Positions 12,290 to 26,269 of a stretch of 64,000 nt of DNA are shown one piece after another. The stretch is taken from positions 34,844,001-34,908,000 of the forward strand of contig NC_043013.1 in assembly GCF_006345805.1 (NCBI RefSeq). The letters run 5' to 3'. The notes under the pieces are model-generated. The model was not told the DNA's origin. It ran no database searches and saw only the letters and a list, made by a program, of their open reading frames with translations. Each line of letters starts with the position of its first letter. Within the stretch, counting starts at the first letter, position 1. This DNA is from Octopus sinensis. Lineage: Eukaryota. The translations under genes were made by a program, and so were the position numbers.

Positions 12290-12730
12290 ATGCACAGGCG
12301 TGGCTCTGTGGTAAGAAGCTTGCTTCCCAATCACATGGTTCCGGGTTCAGTCCCACTGCGTGGCCCCTTGAGCAAGTGTCTTGTACCATAGCCTCAGGCC
12401 GATCAAAGCCTTGTGAGTGGATTTGATAGATGGAAGCCAAAAGAAGCCCGTCATGTATATAGATATATTATGTGCGTATGGTGTGTGTCTATGTGTGTGT
12501 GTGTGTGTGTATGTGTGTACGTGTGTGCTTGTGTTTGTCGCCCCAACATCGCTTGACAACTGGTGCTGGTGTGTTTACATCCCCGTAACTTAGCGGTTCA
12601 GCAAAAGATACCAATAGAATAAGAACTAGGTTGACAAAGAATAAGTCCTGGGGTTGATTTCGTCGACTACAGGTGATGCTCCAGCATGGCCACAGTCAAA
12701 TGGCTGAAACAAATAAAAGAATAAAAGAAT
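12290..12730 (+). mobile_element. SINE family A
   Basis: Full head, body and tail. Confidence 0.9.
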
Positions 12731-13019
12731 TATCACAGCTGAAATTTAAAAAGAGAACTAAAAGACAACAGTCTTTAGCCAACAACTCTTTACTCAACAG
12801 TCTTTACTCAACAAGCAGCAGCCAGAAGATGGTCTAAAATTTGCAGAAGGTATTGACAGGAATACAATGCAATTCTAAGGGCGAAATTTTTGTTAACGTG
12901 ATATTATTAATAATAATTATTATACAATGGACAGAATAAATGATGGCAATGGTTGATTTAGATGTAAGCGTATAGGTGGGTAGGTAGACACGCAAACACA
13001 CTTGCAGATAGATACACAG

Positions 13020-13025
13020 CTAGGC

Positions 13026-13068
<43 letters not shown>

Positions 13069-13141
13069 AAGAAAGAAAGAAAGAATGATAGAAGATAGAA
13101 AGATAGAAAGATAGAAAGAAAGAAAGAAAGACAGAAAGAGG

Positions 13142-13178
<37 letters not shown>

Positions 13179-13265
13179 CCAGACAGGTAGATAGACAGAC
13201 AGAGATAGATAGACAGACAGACAGATAGACAGATAGATAGACAGACAGGCAGATAGACATGTAGG

Positions 13266-13327
<62 letters not shown>

Positions 13328-13330
13328 CAT
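13020..13330. repeat. Compound (AAAG)n/(TAGA)n microsatellite
   Basis: Direct inspection. Confidence 0.95.
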
Positions 13331-14629
13331 GGAAATAAACAGATATAGACAAATTGACAGATATATAAATAAACAGAGAGATCAGCAGATAGAAACATGG
13401 ATATACAAATAGACAGCCACAAATATCAAGAGGGAGAGAGAAAGTAGTAAAGTGATAAACAGGCTACTATAAAGAGGTTGATAGATGGATAGTGAGGCAG
13501 GAAAATGGATTGATATTTGGATAGACATAAACAGTTGAAAGTGTTAATAGATAGGTAAGTTGATTGGGTAGTCAGCTATGTAGGTATGTAAGTACATAAG
13601 GAGGTATGTATTTATGTTGACAATTAGGTAGAAAGTCTTCGGGCAATAAAAAAGAGACAGTAATTTCATTATCGAAGATTTTGGCCTGGCATACTCAGAG
13701 AAGCAAGGTTAGAACTCATTACTCTTTTCCAGAATTGCCAAGAGTGGTGAGCGTAAGAGAGGTGAACAGTGGACTGGAGTCCTTGTTGAATAATTGCAGC
13801 AGAGTGGACTCTACAAAAAACTCCCAATGGTCAAATGTTGATGTTCAAGTAGCCAACACATTACGCTGGCCGCTCTAGAGTAGAGTCAATATCTCTAATA
13901 GGCTTCCATGTAGTTTCTGCTTCTCCAGTTACACTGATTGCTTGGGTAGACTGATTGCTATGAATGAAGAGGACTGAAGTTGGAATTACAATGTAATTCG
14001 CATGCAGACATTTTAAGCATATAACTATTAGCATTGTTGGAAATAAGACAAAGCGTGTCGAGGAATACAAATTTTAATTAATTTGAATTCTTAATCTGTA
14101 ACTGTCTTCCCTGAATTTTTTTTACCTGAAATAGTCAAATAATTATTGTTTTTACACTCACTAAGGCTCATTGAGGACGAAGTGTGTCCTCAATTGCAAG
14201 GAAAGCAAACTTATGTCCAAGGAATTTGGTGACCAATTTAGTGATCACAAAAGATCTCCAAAACCCACACTATGCTATGGAAAACGTGGTTCAAGAATCT
14301 CCTAAAAGTGCAAGATTGTCCTGCTTGGAATGGCTTTGATCATAAGTCTGCTCGATCATAAGTAAGTAAATGACAATCGTAATTAACTCAATGACAAAAG
14401 CAATTACCTTTACCACGAAGCATAGCGGCTCTATCTTTCACTCTGATAAGCATGCTAGGAGACAGCTACTGTAATGGACATACAAAAAAGACTGGCAATG
14501 TTCTTTTCTTTGTCACCAGAATGTTGTTTATATAACTGAGAAATACTCAATTACAATATGTTATTTCTGCTACACATACACACTTATGTACACATTAACA
14601 CTAACGTCTAACTTCTAAAATGTATCCAT

Positions 14630-15022
14630 ACTCTTTTACTTGTTTCAGTCATTTGACTGCGGCCATGCTGGAGCACCGCTTTTAGTCGAGCAAATTGACC
14701 CCAGGACTTATTCTTTGTAAGCCTGGTATTTGTTCTAACTGTCTCTTTTGCCGAACTGCTAAATCATAGGGACGTAAACACACCAACATCAGTTGTCAAG
14801 TCATGTTGGGGGGATGAACACTGACACACAAACACACACACACATATATATATATGTGATGGGCTTCTTTCAGTTTCCACCTACCAAATCCACTCACAAG
14901 GCTTTGGTCGACCCGATGCTATAGTAGGAGACACTTTCCCAAGGTGCCACACAGTGGGACTGAACCCAGAACCATGTGGCTGGTAAGCAAGCTACTTACC
15001 ACATAGCCACTCCTGCACCTAT
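14630..15022 (-). mobile_element. SINE family A
   Basis: Full head, body and tail. Confidence 0.9.
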
Positions 15023-15104
15023 GAGCAATACTCTCTCTGTAGAGAAAGATGAAATCTTGCTCCCAAAACGGTTTTATATTTTTAATGAATAACAAGGAGT
15101 GCAG

Positions 15105-15420
15105 GTATCATCATCGTTTAGCGTCCGCTTTCTATGCTGGCATGGATCGGACAGTGCAACTGGGGTCTGAGAAGCCAGAAGGCTGCACCAGGCCCAGTCT
15201 GATCTGGCAATGTTTCTACGGCTGGATACCCTTCCTAACGCCAACCACTCCATGAGTCTAGTGGGTGCTTTTTACGTGCCACTGGCACAGGTGCCAGACA
15301 AGGCTGGCAAACGGCCACGATCGGATAGGGTGCTTTTTACGTGCCACCAGCACGGAGGCCAGGTGAGGCTGGCAATGGCCACGATTAGATGGTGCTTTTT
15401 ACGTGCCACCGGCAGGAGGA
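15105..15420 (-). mobile_element. 5'-truncated RTE 3' UTR copy (three about 60-bp subunits)
   Basis: catcatcgtttagcgtccg tail; ggtgcttttacgtgccac occurs three times. Confidence 0.9.
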
Positions 15421-17309
15421 GAAATGGTTACTACATTAAAAAAATTGTAAAATGAGTACTAAAGCAATGAATCTAACAAACCTATAAATTTGACTGAATT
15501 AAAACTGCAACTTTAACGAATAGGAAAACCAATTATGCTGTGCTGACGATGTCAAATAAAACTGAAACATGCTCGAAGTTATCTTTGTGCTGCCACAGAT
15601 TATAATCATTCTGCATTAAATTCTATTTGTTTTTACTGAATTTTCCGGTGCCCTAGATGCTCGGACTCTGAAAATGCTCAGCGATTCTTATTTGAAAATT
15701 TTGGGTAAAAGAACATAAAAATAACACCTCTGTATTTCCACATATCTTATCAAGATGTTTTGTTTGTGGATTAAAAGCATGACATATATGTTTTGCTGAA
15801 CACTTATACTCTGCATTTTAACTTTCTCATTTACAGCATAAAAATAGGACAAGTTTAGCATAGATAACGTTCGTCCAATGCAAAAATGTAACCACTGTTC
15901 TCAAGTATGCATAGTAATCGAAACATTGTAGGAAGCTGAAAAGGGAAGCAGCATCCCCGAAACCAGAAAAAATATATGAAACAAATTCTAATTTGAACTG
16001 AGATTGTCTCTCTTGTAATTTTCAACCAGAATGAGCCAATCAAATAATGTTTTTGGAATGATAGGAGTTGAAGCAGATAACGCAATGAAAAGTATTGCTT
16101 GTAGAAATTAAGTTAAAAAATTTCGAATAGAAAATGTTGAAGCTTCTAAATTCTAATGACATCAACAATCAGATAATTTAGCTTTGTACCTTTTAAAACT
16201 TATTTTAGAAAAAAAAATAAAAACGAAATATTAAAAAATAGCGTTTTTGACACATGATAATACTGTAATTTTTTATTAATTTAAATACAGTGATTATCTC
16301 CCTTGAATTTGTCATTAAAATCATTTTCTCTAATCTGTGAATTTAATTTCTTTGACTCATTACATTTAGTATCATTTGACAAATTTCATTGTTTATTATG
16401 GAGCAGTCATTCTCCAGTCTTTTCCAGTCATTCTTTTAAGATATTCTACCATTGTTCATTCACTTGAAGCATCCACTGCAGTAATTCTTTGAGTTATCAG
16501 TAACAAACTATTAAGCCTCACTAGTACATTTGTAAAAGTTTACTACAGTTCACGCCTGATCTATTCATTTAAAAATGTAATTCACTCTTCTTGTTTTACT
16601 TTGAGTGAAAAGGTTGATAATTTTATCCTTGATCCCTGGATGACCCAAGGAAATTTTTCTCCATTAAAAGCACTGCAAGTGTATTTAGTCTTTTAGGATT
16701 CAGAATGCTCCTTAGAAAAGTTTTTATTCTTTTCAGTATTGGAAAGCAGCATTCTGCCTCTGCTGTAGTCATGGGAACTGTCAAGAGGATTTTTATCAGT
16801 TTTGTAATTTCACTACTAGAAACATCTAAATTGTTTTCCAAGATCAATTTCAGCAGCTCAATTAATTTGCAGTATTTATGCATATCGGATCTACAACAGA
16901 ATACTTTCAGATGAGTTTCAAGATTTTCTTTGTCAGACAAGAGATATACTTCAGTGGTCAGTACTATCTCTTCTGTAGGAGGCAATTCGTTCTTAAAACT
17001 AGTGAAGCTTTTCTTGTTGAACAATTTAGCAGCAAGTAAGTGTTTAGTGGAAGAACATCTCTCTATTATATCAATACATATGCAGTCACACACTTCCTCT
17101 GCTTCTGCTATGAGTTTCTTTGAAGGATTCTCCCAGTGCTTCAAGTTTCTTATTTCTAAAGCAGCAATTTTTGAAACCTGTTATATATTCATTGACTTTA
17201 AACACACTAATTTCTCAAGATTGCATTTGGTTGTAAATTACTTCAACATGAGGCATAATCTGACGGGAAAGCTCTAACCAAAACCTGAAACCGTCATAAA
17301 CATCATCGT

Positions 17310-17530
17310 CGTCGTCATCGTCGTTTGACGTCTACTTTCCATGTTGGCATGGATTGGACGGTTTGACTGAGAACTAGTGAGCTAGGAGGCTGCAGCAGTC
17401 TCCAATCTGATTTGGCGAGGTTTCGACAGCTGAATGCCCTTCCTAATGACAACCACTCCGAGAGTCTAGTGAATGCTTTTATGTACCGCCAGCATGGAAG
17501 CCAGTCAAGCAGCACCGGCATCAGCCACAA
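17310..17530 (-). mobile_element. 5'-truncated RTE 3' UTR copy inside the hAT
   Basis: catcgtcgtttgacgtc tail; gcccttcctaatgacaaccactcc. Confidence 0.85.
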
Positions 17531-17721
17531 TGACCATGTGGTTGGTAAGCAAGCTACTTACTACACTGCCATTCCTGCTTCATGTTTTTTTTATTTTTCT
17601 TTCATTTTGTTTATATTTCTAAAACAGTCTTTTGTCCATGTTACATCACCCCCAAACAGAAAACACAGGAAGCAAAACAATGCATGTTTCAGTTCTATAT
17701 TTAAAGAGATGAGGAATTTTG

Positions 17722-18185
<464 letters not shown>

Positions 18186-18678
18186 CATTTTTCATTTGAC
18201 AGCTGCAGAGCCAAATTTCCTGTCGGCACCATTGTTGTTGCTTTTTCCTGGCTGAGATATTTTAATGTCAGGTGTTGAACAGCCTCTTTTCTTGACTGTA
18301 ACTTTCTCATGGAGAGACAACTGTGAAAACTTAAGCTGTTGAAGTTCACTTACAGTCACAGAACTTATTTCTTGGGGATGCGAGGAGGTCATGGTTAAAT
18401 TATTCAAATTTTCTATTCAATAAAACAGCAGTGCTCTCTCTCTAACCAGTGTGCAGCTTCTTTCCTTGGAATGTGCACACATGCACAACAGCCAAACACC
18501 GCATCACTGGAACTGTGAGACTGGAACTGTTCCATACAAGGATTTTTGTAATTTTTCATGAATGACGGAATGGCTACTGACATTAATCTTAAGAATTATA
18601 TAATTTACTTCGTTTTTGGATTTGGTTTGCAAGATTCTTTATATGAGTTCATGTGTTGAAGTGTATTCTGCTGTGTCT

Positions 18679-18899
18679 CTCTCTTACTCTTTTACTCTTT
18701 TACTTGTTTCAGTCATTTGACTACGGCCATGCTGGAGCACCGCCTTTAGTCGAGCAAATCGACCCCGGGACTTATTCTTTGTAAATCCAGTACTTATTCT
18801 ATCGGTCTCTTTTGCCGAACCGCTAAGTGATGGGGACTTAAACACACCAGCATCGGTTGTCAAGCAATGCTAGGGGGACAAACACAGACACACAAACAT

Positions 18900-18935
<36 letters not shown>

Positions 18936-19098
18936 ATATATATGACAGGCTTCTTTCAGTTTCCGTCTACCAAATCCACTCACAAGGCATTGGTCGGCCC
19001 AGGGCTATAGCAGAAGACACTTACCCAAGATGCCACGCAGTGGGAATGAACCCTAACCATGTGGTTGGTTAGCAAGCTACTTACCACACAGCTACTCC
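18679..19098 (-). mobile_element. SINE family A inserted in a fold-back repeat
   Basis: Full copy; possible 5-bp TSD tgtct (18674-18678, 19099-19103). Confidence 0.9.
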
Positions 19099-19099
19099 T

Positions 19100-19278
19100 G
19101 TCTGGGGAGAATCATTTTCTTTTTGTGCCTTATTATGTAACACACTAGTCAAAACTATTGAAAAGGTTGCAAGACGCAAAGAGAAAATTTTAGGACAATA
19201 AAAATAAGAAAAATTGGAAATTTCATCAGTGAGTGTGTTACATAATAAGGCACAAAAATAAAATGACTCTCCCCAGAC
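19100..19278. mobile_element. Fold-back pLTR-type repeat with a U3-A8 hammerhead-like motif
   Basis: Arms 19100-19146 and 19232-19278; spacer cta TTGAAAA g gttgc aagac gcaaa ga GAAA attt tag. Confidence 0.6.
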
Positions 19279-19754
19279 ACAACAGTATATAATTTACAAT
19301 ACTAGTTTAATCCAATTGATCAATCTCCGTAGAAACCATATAATAAGTGAATATTTAGATAAGTAATAAGTAAATAAATATTAAACTATTTCTTTGCAAT
19401 TTTCTTTTTCCTCCTGCTATTGTGGTAAAGATTTGGTATACAACTCAAAATATTCAAAGAAATTTCATCCTTTTGTTAAAATTTCATCCTTAATAATCTT
19501 CTTGATTACCCTAAATTTTAACTTTATGCAATAAGACAATATTGTTTGAAATGATCTTAATAAATTACTTGATTTATCTCTTTCTTAAATGGCTCTACCC
19601 TCCTGATCTTAGTATTTATAAGGGCCTTTATATAAATAACTCTTCTAAACAAGTAGCACTAAGAAACTATAAATATCATGTAGGGAGTAGCAATGATAAC
19701 TTCTTAAACCTGTAATATAACCCTTAGTTTTTAAAAGAAAATTACCATTTGAAC

Positions 19755-19970
19755 ATGGCCGTTGCCAGTACTGCTTGACTGGCCCTCATGATGGTGGCAT
19801 GTAAAAGCACCCACTACACTCTCGGAGTGGTTGGTGTTAAGAAGGGCATCCAGCTATAGAAACTCTGCCAGATCAGATTGGAACCTGGTGCAGCTGCTGG
19901 CTCACCAGTCCCCAGTCAAACCGTCCAACCCATGCCAGCAAGGAAAATGGACATTAAATGATGATGATGA
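19755..19970 (+). mobile_element. 5'-truncated RTE 3' UTR copy
   Basis: ggagtggttggtgttaagaagggcatccagc...aaatgatgatgatg. Confidence 0.9.
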
Positions 19971-20951
19971 AAGAAAGCATTAAAGGAAAAAAGACTCATT
20001 ATATTGAATGCTATCAATAGTACTGAGTGAAAATAAGGGTCACTTCAGTTCCCCAATGAGCTGCCTCTGCTTCATATTATAGAATGTTCTATCACGTTCC
20101 TGCATAAATAGCAGTTATAAAAGTACGAGAGCACCAAAGTCAGTGCAGAGGTGGCAAAGGACTTGGTGCACGTAGTAAGCACTTAGGCATAGCAGAGGTT
20201 AGAGAAAGTTCTAAAAGAGATAGATGAACACAGGATCCTCGGTCCCCGTTCAACCTTCTCCAAGTATGTTGCATGCAAATAATATTCTCCCCTATTGGCT
20301 TACAAACAGGTAGCCAGTTATTATTAGATCAGAGAGGTGCATACCTGATGCACAGACAACAAGTCCTTTAAACAGACAAACTTACCTTGGTTGCAGCTCA
20401 GCCTTGTATTAAAGGAATATTCAACTGCAATGAACAGAGCATTATTCCTGCCACTTATGCAAAGCTAATCTTTTCTGTTTTTAATGTAACTCTGAACTAT
20501 ATTTGCTTCTAGTATATTGCAATATATGACTGACAAGCCATTATGTAACCATATAAATATTAGGCAATTCTCTTGTAAGAATAAATATTTCATCAACATT
20601 TGAAAATCGATTTTAAAATGGTCACACTATCAAAGAAAGATCGATTTAATACCAATAAAGACCCTGCTAATCAGCCCGACTTGTGTAACAAAATTATGAA
20701 CACATAATGTGTTTGTCAGACACATTAGTAAGAATTTCTTTAAAGCCTTAAATCATTTTTTAAGTTCAACAACGTACTTCAATAATCCTTATGTCACGTT
20801 GCTTAATAACCAGACAGTTACTGAACATGAATGCTTTAACTTAAATTAGTCATCATAGTTTTCAGTAACTTAAATGGAAAAAGAAATATGAAAGGTTACA
20901 GGTTAACAGTTGGCACTCGTAAATTTCTAAGTAAAAAGCTGAGAACAATAT

Positions 20952-21375
20952 GGTGCAGGAGTGGCTGTGTGTTAAGTAGCTTGCTAACCAACCACATGGT
21001 TCCGGGCTCAGTCCCACTGCATGGCATCTTGAGCAAGTGTCTTCTGCTATAGCCCCGGGCCGATCAATGCCTTGTGAGTGGATTTGGTAGACGGAAACTG
21101 AAAGAAGCCTGTCGTATATATGTATATATATATATATATGTATGTGTGTTTGTGTGTCTGTGTTTGTACCCCTAGCATTGCTTGACAACCGATGCTGGTG
21201 TGTTTACGTCCCCGTCACTTAGCGGTTCGGCAAAAGAGACCGATAGAATAAGTACTGGGCTTACAAAGAATAAGTCCTGGGGTCGATTTGCTCGACTAAA
21301 GGTGGTGCTCCAGCATGGCCGCAGTCAAATGACTGAAACAAGTAAAAGAGTAAAGAGTAGAGTAAAGAGTAATAG
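20952..21375 (+). mobile_element. SINE family A, young
   Basis: Near-consensus full copy with CpGs retained. Confidence 0.95.
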
Positions 21376-22400
21376 GTAAAAAAACTGATGTAAAAATGTA
21401 GATTTGGTTTTGAATCTTGGCTTAGAATCCAGGATGCTATTTATTACAAACTCATAAATAAAAAGTTATAGTTATACATATATATAACAACATGAATAAT
21501 TTCGAATACTCACTTCTGTTCATATGTATATATATTTCTCAGTGGATAACACTGAGGTTAAAAGGGGAGATCTTTTCAATTTCAACTTCCTTTTATTGCA
21601 ATTAAATTTGCATTCACAAAAAAGAAAATATGTTAAAAATAAATAATCTTGTCCTTGATAATTATCACATAATTCTGATATTATCCTAGAATTGATGGGA
21701 ATAATATGTATAATATAAGAATTCACTAACAGTTGACGGAAGTCAAGATGAAAAATGAAGAATTAAACAACTAAAAAACAGCACTTACAGAAATGATTAA
21801 TATTAAAATTGCTTTATAAATAATGACAAAACTTTCCTGAGAAAACCAAGAATCTTTCTCGCTAGTATCTTAAACTAAGTCAAATGTAATTTAAGAAGCA
21901 GAAATGCATATATCAACATAAAACTTATTACGCAGTGAATCCATTATTTTTTCCTATTTCAAAATGGCCGCTGAATGTCACATATTTTTCATACTGTCAA
22001 TGGCTATAAATCAAGAGCAGCATTTGTTCAGTTAGGAACTTTAACTATTGCAAGAGGATTGTAGAGCTGGATTGGTAAAATATATAAAGGATGTGTAGTG
22101 ACAGAAGATCTTGGTATTCTTATCATTAATGTGAAACAAGAGAGTGAATTTCACTGTTTCAAAATGGCGATAAAAATTTTGTATGAAAATGATAAAAGTT
22201 TAAAATATTGGTAGGGAAATGGTTTCTGTTAACTTACAGAATTTTTTTAAGTGTTTTCTGTCAACCTTAAAGTAATTTTTTAAGACATTTTTCATTACCA
22301 TATTCCTAAACAAAGATTTAATTCATAATTATTTCCAACTTAGTTGTATAATAAAAAGACAGCAAGTCAAAGCTTATGCAGAATGGGCACAACATATACC

Positions 22401-23548
22401 TCTTTCTTTATTACCCACCAGGGGGCTAAACACAGAGGGGGACAAACAAGGAAAGACATAGGTATTAAGTCGATTACATTGACCCCAGTGCGTAACTGGT
22501 ACTTAATTTATCGACCCCGAAAGGATGAAAGGCAAAGTTGACCTCGGCGGAATTTGAACTCACAACGTAACCACAGACAAAATACCTCTTTCTTTATTAC
22601 CCACCAGGGGGCTAAACACAGAGGGGGACAAACAAGGAAAGACATAGGTATTAAGTCGATTACATCGACCCCAGTGCGTAACTGGTACTTAATTTATCGA
22701 CCCCGAAAGGATGAAAGGCAAAGTTGACCTCGGCGGAATTTGAACTCAGAACGTAAAGACAGACAAAATACCTCTTTCTTTATTACCCACGAGGGGCTAA
22801 AACAGAGGACAAAAAGGAAAGACATAGGTATTAAGTCGATACATCGACCCCAGTGCGTAACTGGTACTTAATTTATCGACCCCGAAAGGATGAAAGGCAA
22901 AGTTGACCTCGGCGGAATTTGAACTCACAACGTAAGACAGACAAAATACCCTTTCTTTTATTACCCACCAGGGGGCTAAACACAGAGGGGACAAACAGGA
23001 AAGACATAGGTATTAAGTCGATACATTGACCCCAGTGGCGTAACTGGTACTTAATTTATCGACCCCGAAAGGATGAAAGGCAAAGTTGACCTCGGCGGAA
23101 TTTGAACTCAGAACGTAAAGACAGACAAAATACCTCTTTCTTTATTACCCACGAGGGGGCTAAACACAGAGGGGACAAACAAGGAAAGACATAGGTATTA
23201 AGTCGATTACATTGACCCCAGTGCGTAACTGGTACTTAATTTATCGACCCCGAAAGGATGAAAGGCAAAGTTGACCTCGGCGGAATTTGAACTCAGAACG
23301 TAAAGACAGACAAAATACCTCTTTCTTTATTACCCACGAGGGGCTAAACACAGAGGGGACAAACAAGGAAAGACATAGGTATTAAGTCGATTACATTGAC
23401 CCCAGTGCGTAACTGTACTTATTTATCGACCCCGAAAGGATGAAGGCAAAGTTGACCCCGGCGGAATTTGAACTCACAACGTAACGCAGACGAAATACCG
23501 CCTAGCATTTCGCCCGGCGTGCTAACGTTTCTGCCAGCTCGCCGCCTT
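22401..23548 (-). mobile_element. SINE family B with body reiterated six times (about 185-bp units)
   Basis: One head (to 23548) plus units starting at 22397, 22583, 22769, 22947, 23131, 23316; candidate TSD tgggcacaac(at/ta)atacc at 22384-22400 and 23549-23565. Confidence 0.92.
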
Positions 23549-24759
23549 TGGGCACAACTAATACCCTGACCGCCCCCCCCTCCACACACACACATATACA
23601 CACACAAAAAAGAGACGAGAAACAGAAGCAATAAAGGCCTGAAGATTATTTCTTCAAGGAAAGTAATGACTATTAATGAATTTAATTTCATAAAAATACT
23701 TTTTTCCTTAGATATTTAATAAAAAATGTGTCACAAGAAAATTGATTTGTCCAAAATGGGCCACATTGGTAAATGGTTAGGGACCATTGATATAGAACAT
23801 GTCAGAACAAAAAGGACAATTAATAATTTATTGATTTAAGTTATAAATTATTTTTATATGGTTTCGATACTGTGGTAATAGTGGCCTAGGCTGGCATGTC
23901 CATTACTTAGCATTGCTTTATGGTTTTCATTATCACCAGATAAACTATGATCAAACAGACCTATGATCAAAGGAGTTAGTGCAAGCTGAGTTCAAATGGC
24001 TCAGTATTTGTTGCAATATACTGACTGAGTGACTTTATCAGTGGAAATTTAAACCTAGCCTTTTGCAGCAGGTTAGTGAAGAGCAAGCGCAATGATGGTC
24101 TATGTGAGATTCTTGGTGTTAATAAAAAGAACCTTAATAATTTCTTTTAGAGATTTCCAGACCAGGAATTATGTAGCCTAGTAATGCTCTAAGGGATGGT
24201 CATGCTTGAGCCATCAGTAACTGAACCAGACTGAGCTTAATGCTCAGTGAGAAATAGCCCAGCATATTCTTGTTCAATATCCGAGTATCGCTGATTTGTG
24301 GCTTTGAGTTGAGCATAGTTAACATGCATAGGATGTATCCAATTAGACTAATATATCGAGATGGTCAAACCCTTGCCTTTCTTTGCTAAGGAAAAGCAAG
24401 TAATCTTCCTCTCTCTGGTGACAATGGTGAAGGAAGCTGTATGGTAGACACATTGGAAGAGTTTGAAGACAGCCTTTTTTCCTTGATGGTTAATTCCTCA
24501 TCATCATCGTTAAATGCCATTAGAAAAAGAAGTGCAACCCTCCAGTAAGTTTTATAAAAGGTGGGTGGAAATGGCTATATGGCCATTACTAAATAGGCTT
24601 CCTCTAAATGTGCAGTTGTAGTTTAGCGATAAAAACTAGAAGACAATGGTCTTTCATATATATTAGAGTAACCTGCAGTTATGTGTGGGTACCCCAGATC
24701 ACTTTATGTGACAGCAACATTTGGGAGATCTTTCCTTGTTATATTTCTTACTCTATATT

Positions 24760-24990
24760 ATCAGGGTGGTGAACTGGCAGAATCGTTAGCACACTGGATG
24801 AAATGCTTAGTGAGTATTTCGCCTGTTGCAATGTTATGAGTTCAAATTCCTCCGAGGTCGACTTCACCTTCCATCTTTTCGGGGTCGTTAAATTAAGTAC
24901 CTGTAAAACACTGGGGTCAATGTAATTGATTATCCCCCTCCCCAAAATTTCAGGCCTTGTGCCTACAGCAGAAAAGATTATTCTATATTT
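24760..24990 (+). mobile_element. SINE family B, alternative tail (caggccttgtgcct...gaaaagattatt)
   Basis: Head ctggcagaatcgttagca, B-box gagttcaaattcc, central ccttccatcttttcggggtcg. Confidence 0.85.
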
Positions 24991-25184
24991 TCATATGCTC
25001 TCAGTTTAACGACACTGTGAGCAACTTTGCTTTTCATACCTTCGAGTTCAATAAACTGAAATACCAGTCATTTGCTGAGGTCAATGGCATCAAGTTATCT
25101 CATTCCCTAAGAAACGCTTACCATGGGTCTAAATTAGAAACCGTTATTTTATACTGTTATTGGTATTACTATCCATTAATATAA

Positions 25185-25370
25185 GGGTAGTATGTTGGCA
25201 GAATGCGTAGTGGTATTTCTTAAAGTTCTGAGTTCAAATCCCATCACAGTTGATTTTGCCTTTCATTCTTTTGTGATCGATAAAAGAAGTATCCATTGAG
25301 CACTTGCATCGATGTTATCTACCAACCCCTCTCTTTGAAATTGCTTTCTTGTTGGTGCCAAAAGAACATT
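25185..25370 (+). mobile_element. SINE family B, diverged
   Basis: ctgagttcaaatccc...tttgcctttcattc. Confidence 0.7.
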
Positions 25371-25571
25371 TTAAACCATTATTATCTATTAATTAATATG
25401 TGAGAGTATTGGTTCATTAGCTTCTTCGGTTTTTTTCTTAGTTTTCTTTTTTTTATTTCATTTTCATATTGTCTCCATTGTCCTGGGTCCTTGTGGCCAA
25501 TGAAAGAAATCCTTACAATTTCTCACTATTCCACTTGCACCACAGCCAGCTGTACTACTACTACTACAACA

Positions 25572-25620
<49 letters not shown>

Positions 25621-26269
25621 ACACTACTACTACTACCAACGGCAGTAGCAGCACCTATGCTGTCGCCAATCCAACCTTCTGTCCACCACCAACCGTAGAC
25701 AGTAAAGCGGTATATGTGACACAGACCATCAAGGCTGAAATGTTAATGAATGAACGAACGACCATATGAATGAATGGAAAGATGGAGAGAGAGAGAGAGG
25801 AAAAGGAAGAGAAAGACAAAGAGAAAGACAGAGACAAAGAAGGAAAAGAAGGAAATAAAGGAAGAGTCAATAATTGAAATGAGGTGACTAAAGGTTAATA
25901 AGTACGGTGACAACTGGTGACAACAAATGCGATGAGACATATTTTGGTTTGGAAGTGAGAAAAGAGGAGGCTTTTATTAAAAGTCGATGTGATATTTCGT
26001 AATTAGAGTGGTACCAAAATGTCGGACATCTGAAAGTTGCAGCAGCTAACACCTTCAACAATTGGAGTAACATTTAATACATCATGAAATGACAGTAGTA
26101 ACTAATTGATGCAGCAAATGACAGTAACAACCAATAAAGGACGCCAAGAGTTTAGCAAAAACTCTCTCTGACTTTATCTCTCTCTCTTGCCATCACGAAG
26201 TTAGTTGTTCCGTCAGACTAAATTCATTAGCATTATATTATAGTCCTCATGTGAATGAATTCAACTCTC

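Noticed and set aside
13861-13970. Minus-strand exon candidate NQSTQAISVTGEAETTWKPIRDIDSTLERPA
   Set aside because: The donor is weak and no homology is recognised.
19222-19232. Minus-strand CTGATGA in the fold-back
   Set aside because: The homologous position at about 53595 reads caggtgt, and there is no hairpin-GAAA downstream, so it is a chance mutation.
20386-20424. 39-nt minus-strand micro-exon candidate (tgcag...AAG/gtaagt; EYSFNTRLSCNQ)
   Set aside because: Splice signals are good, but such pairs arise by chance in 64 kb, and the peptide is unrecognised.
22397-23500. Array as CRISPR or as a hammerhead retrozyme
   Set aside because: The units are contiguous SINE bodies without unique spacers, and no CUGANGA-type core with the required stems was found.
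24160-24560. Protein-like stretch (GDNGEGSCMVDTLEEFEDSLF...RKRSATLQ)
   Set aside because: It is interrupted by stops. It may be a transposon fossil but could not be assigned.
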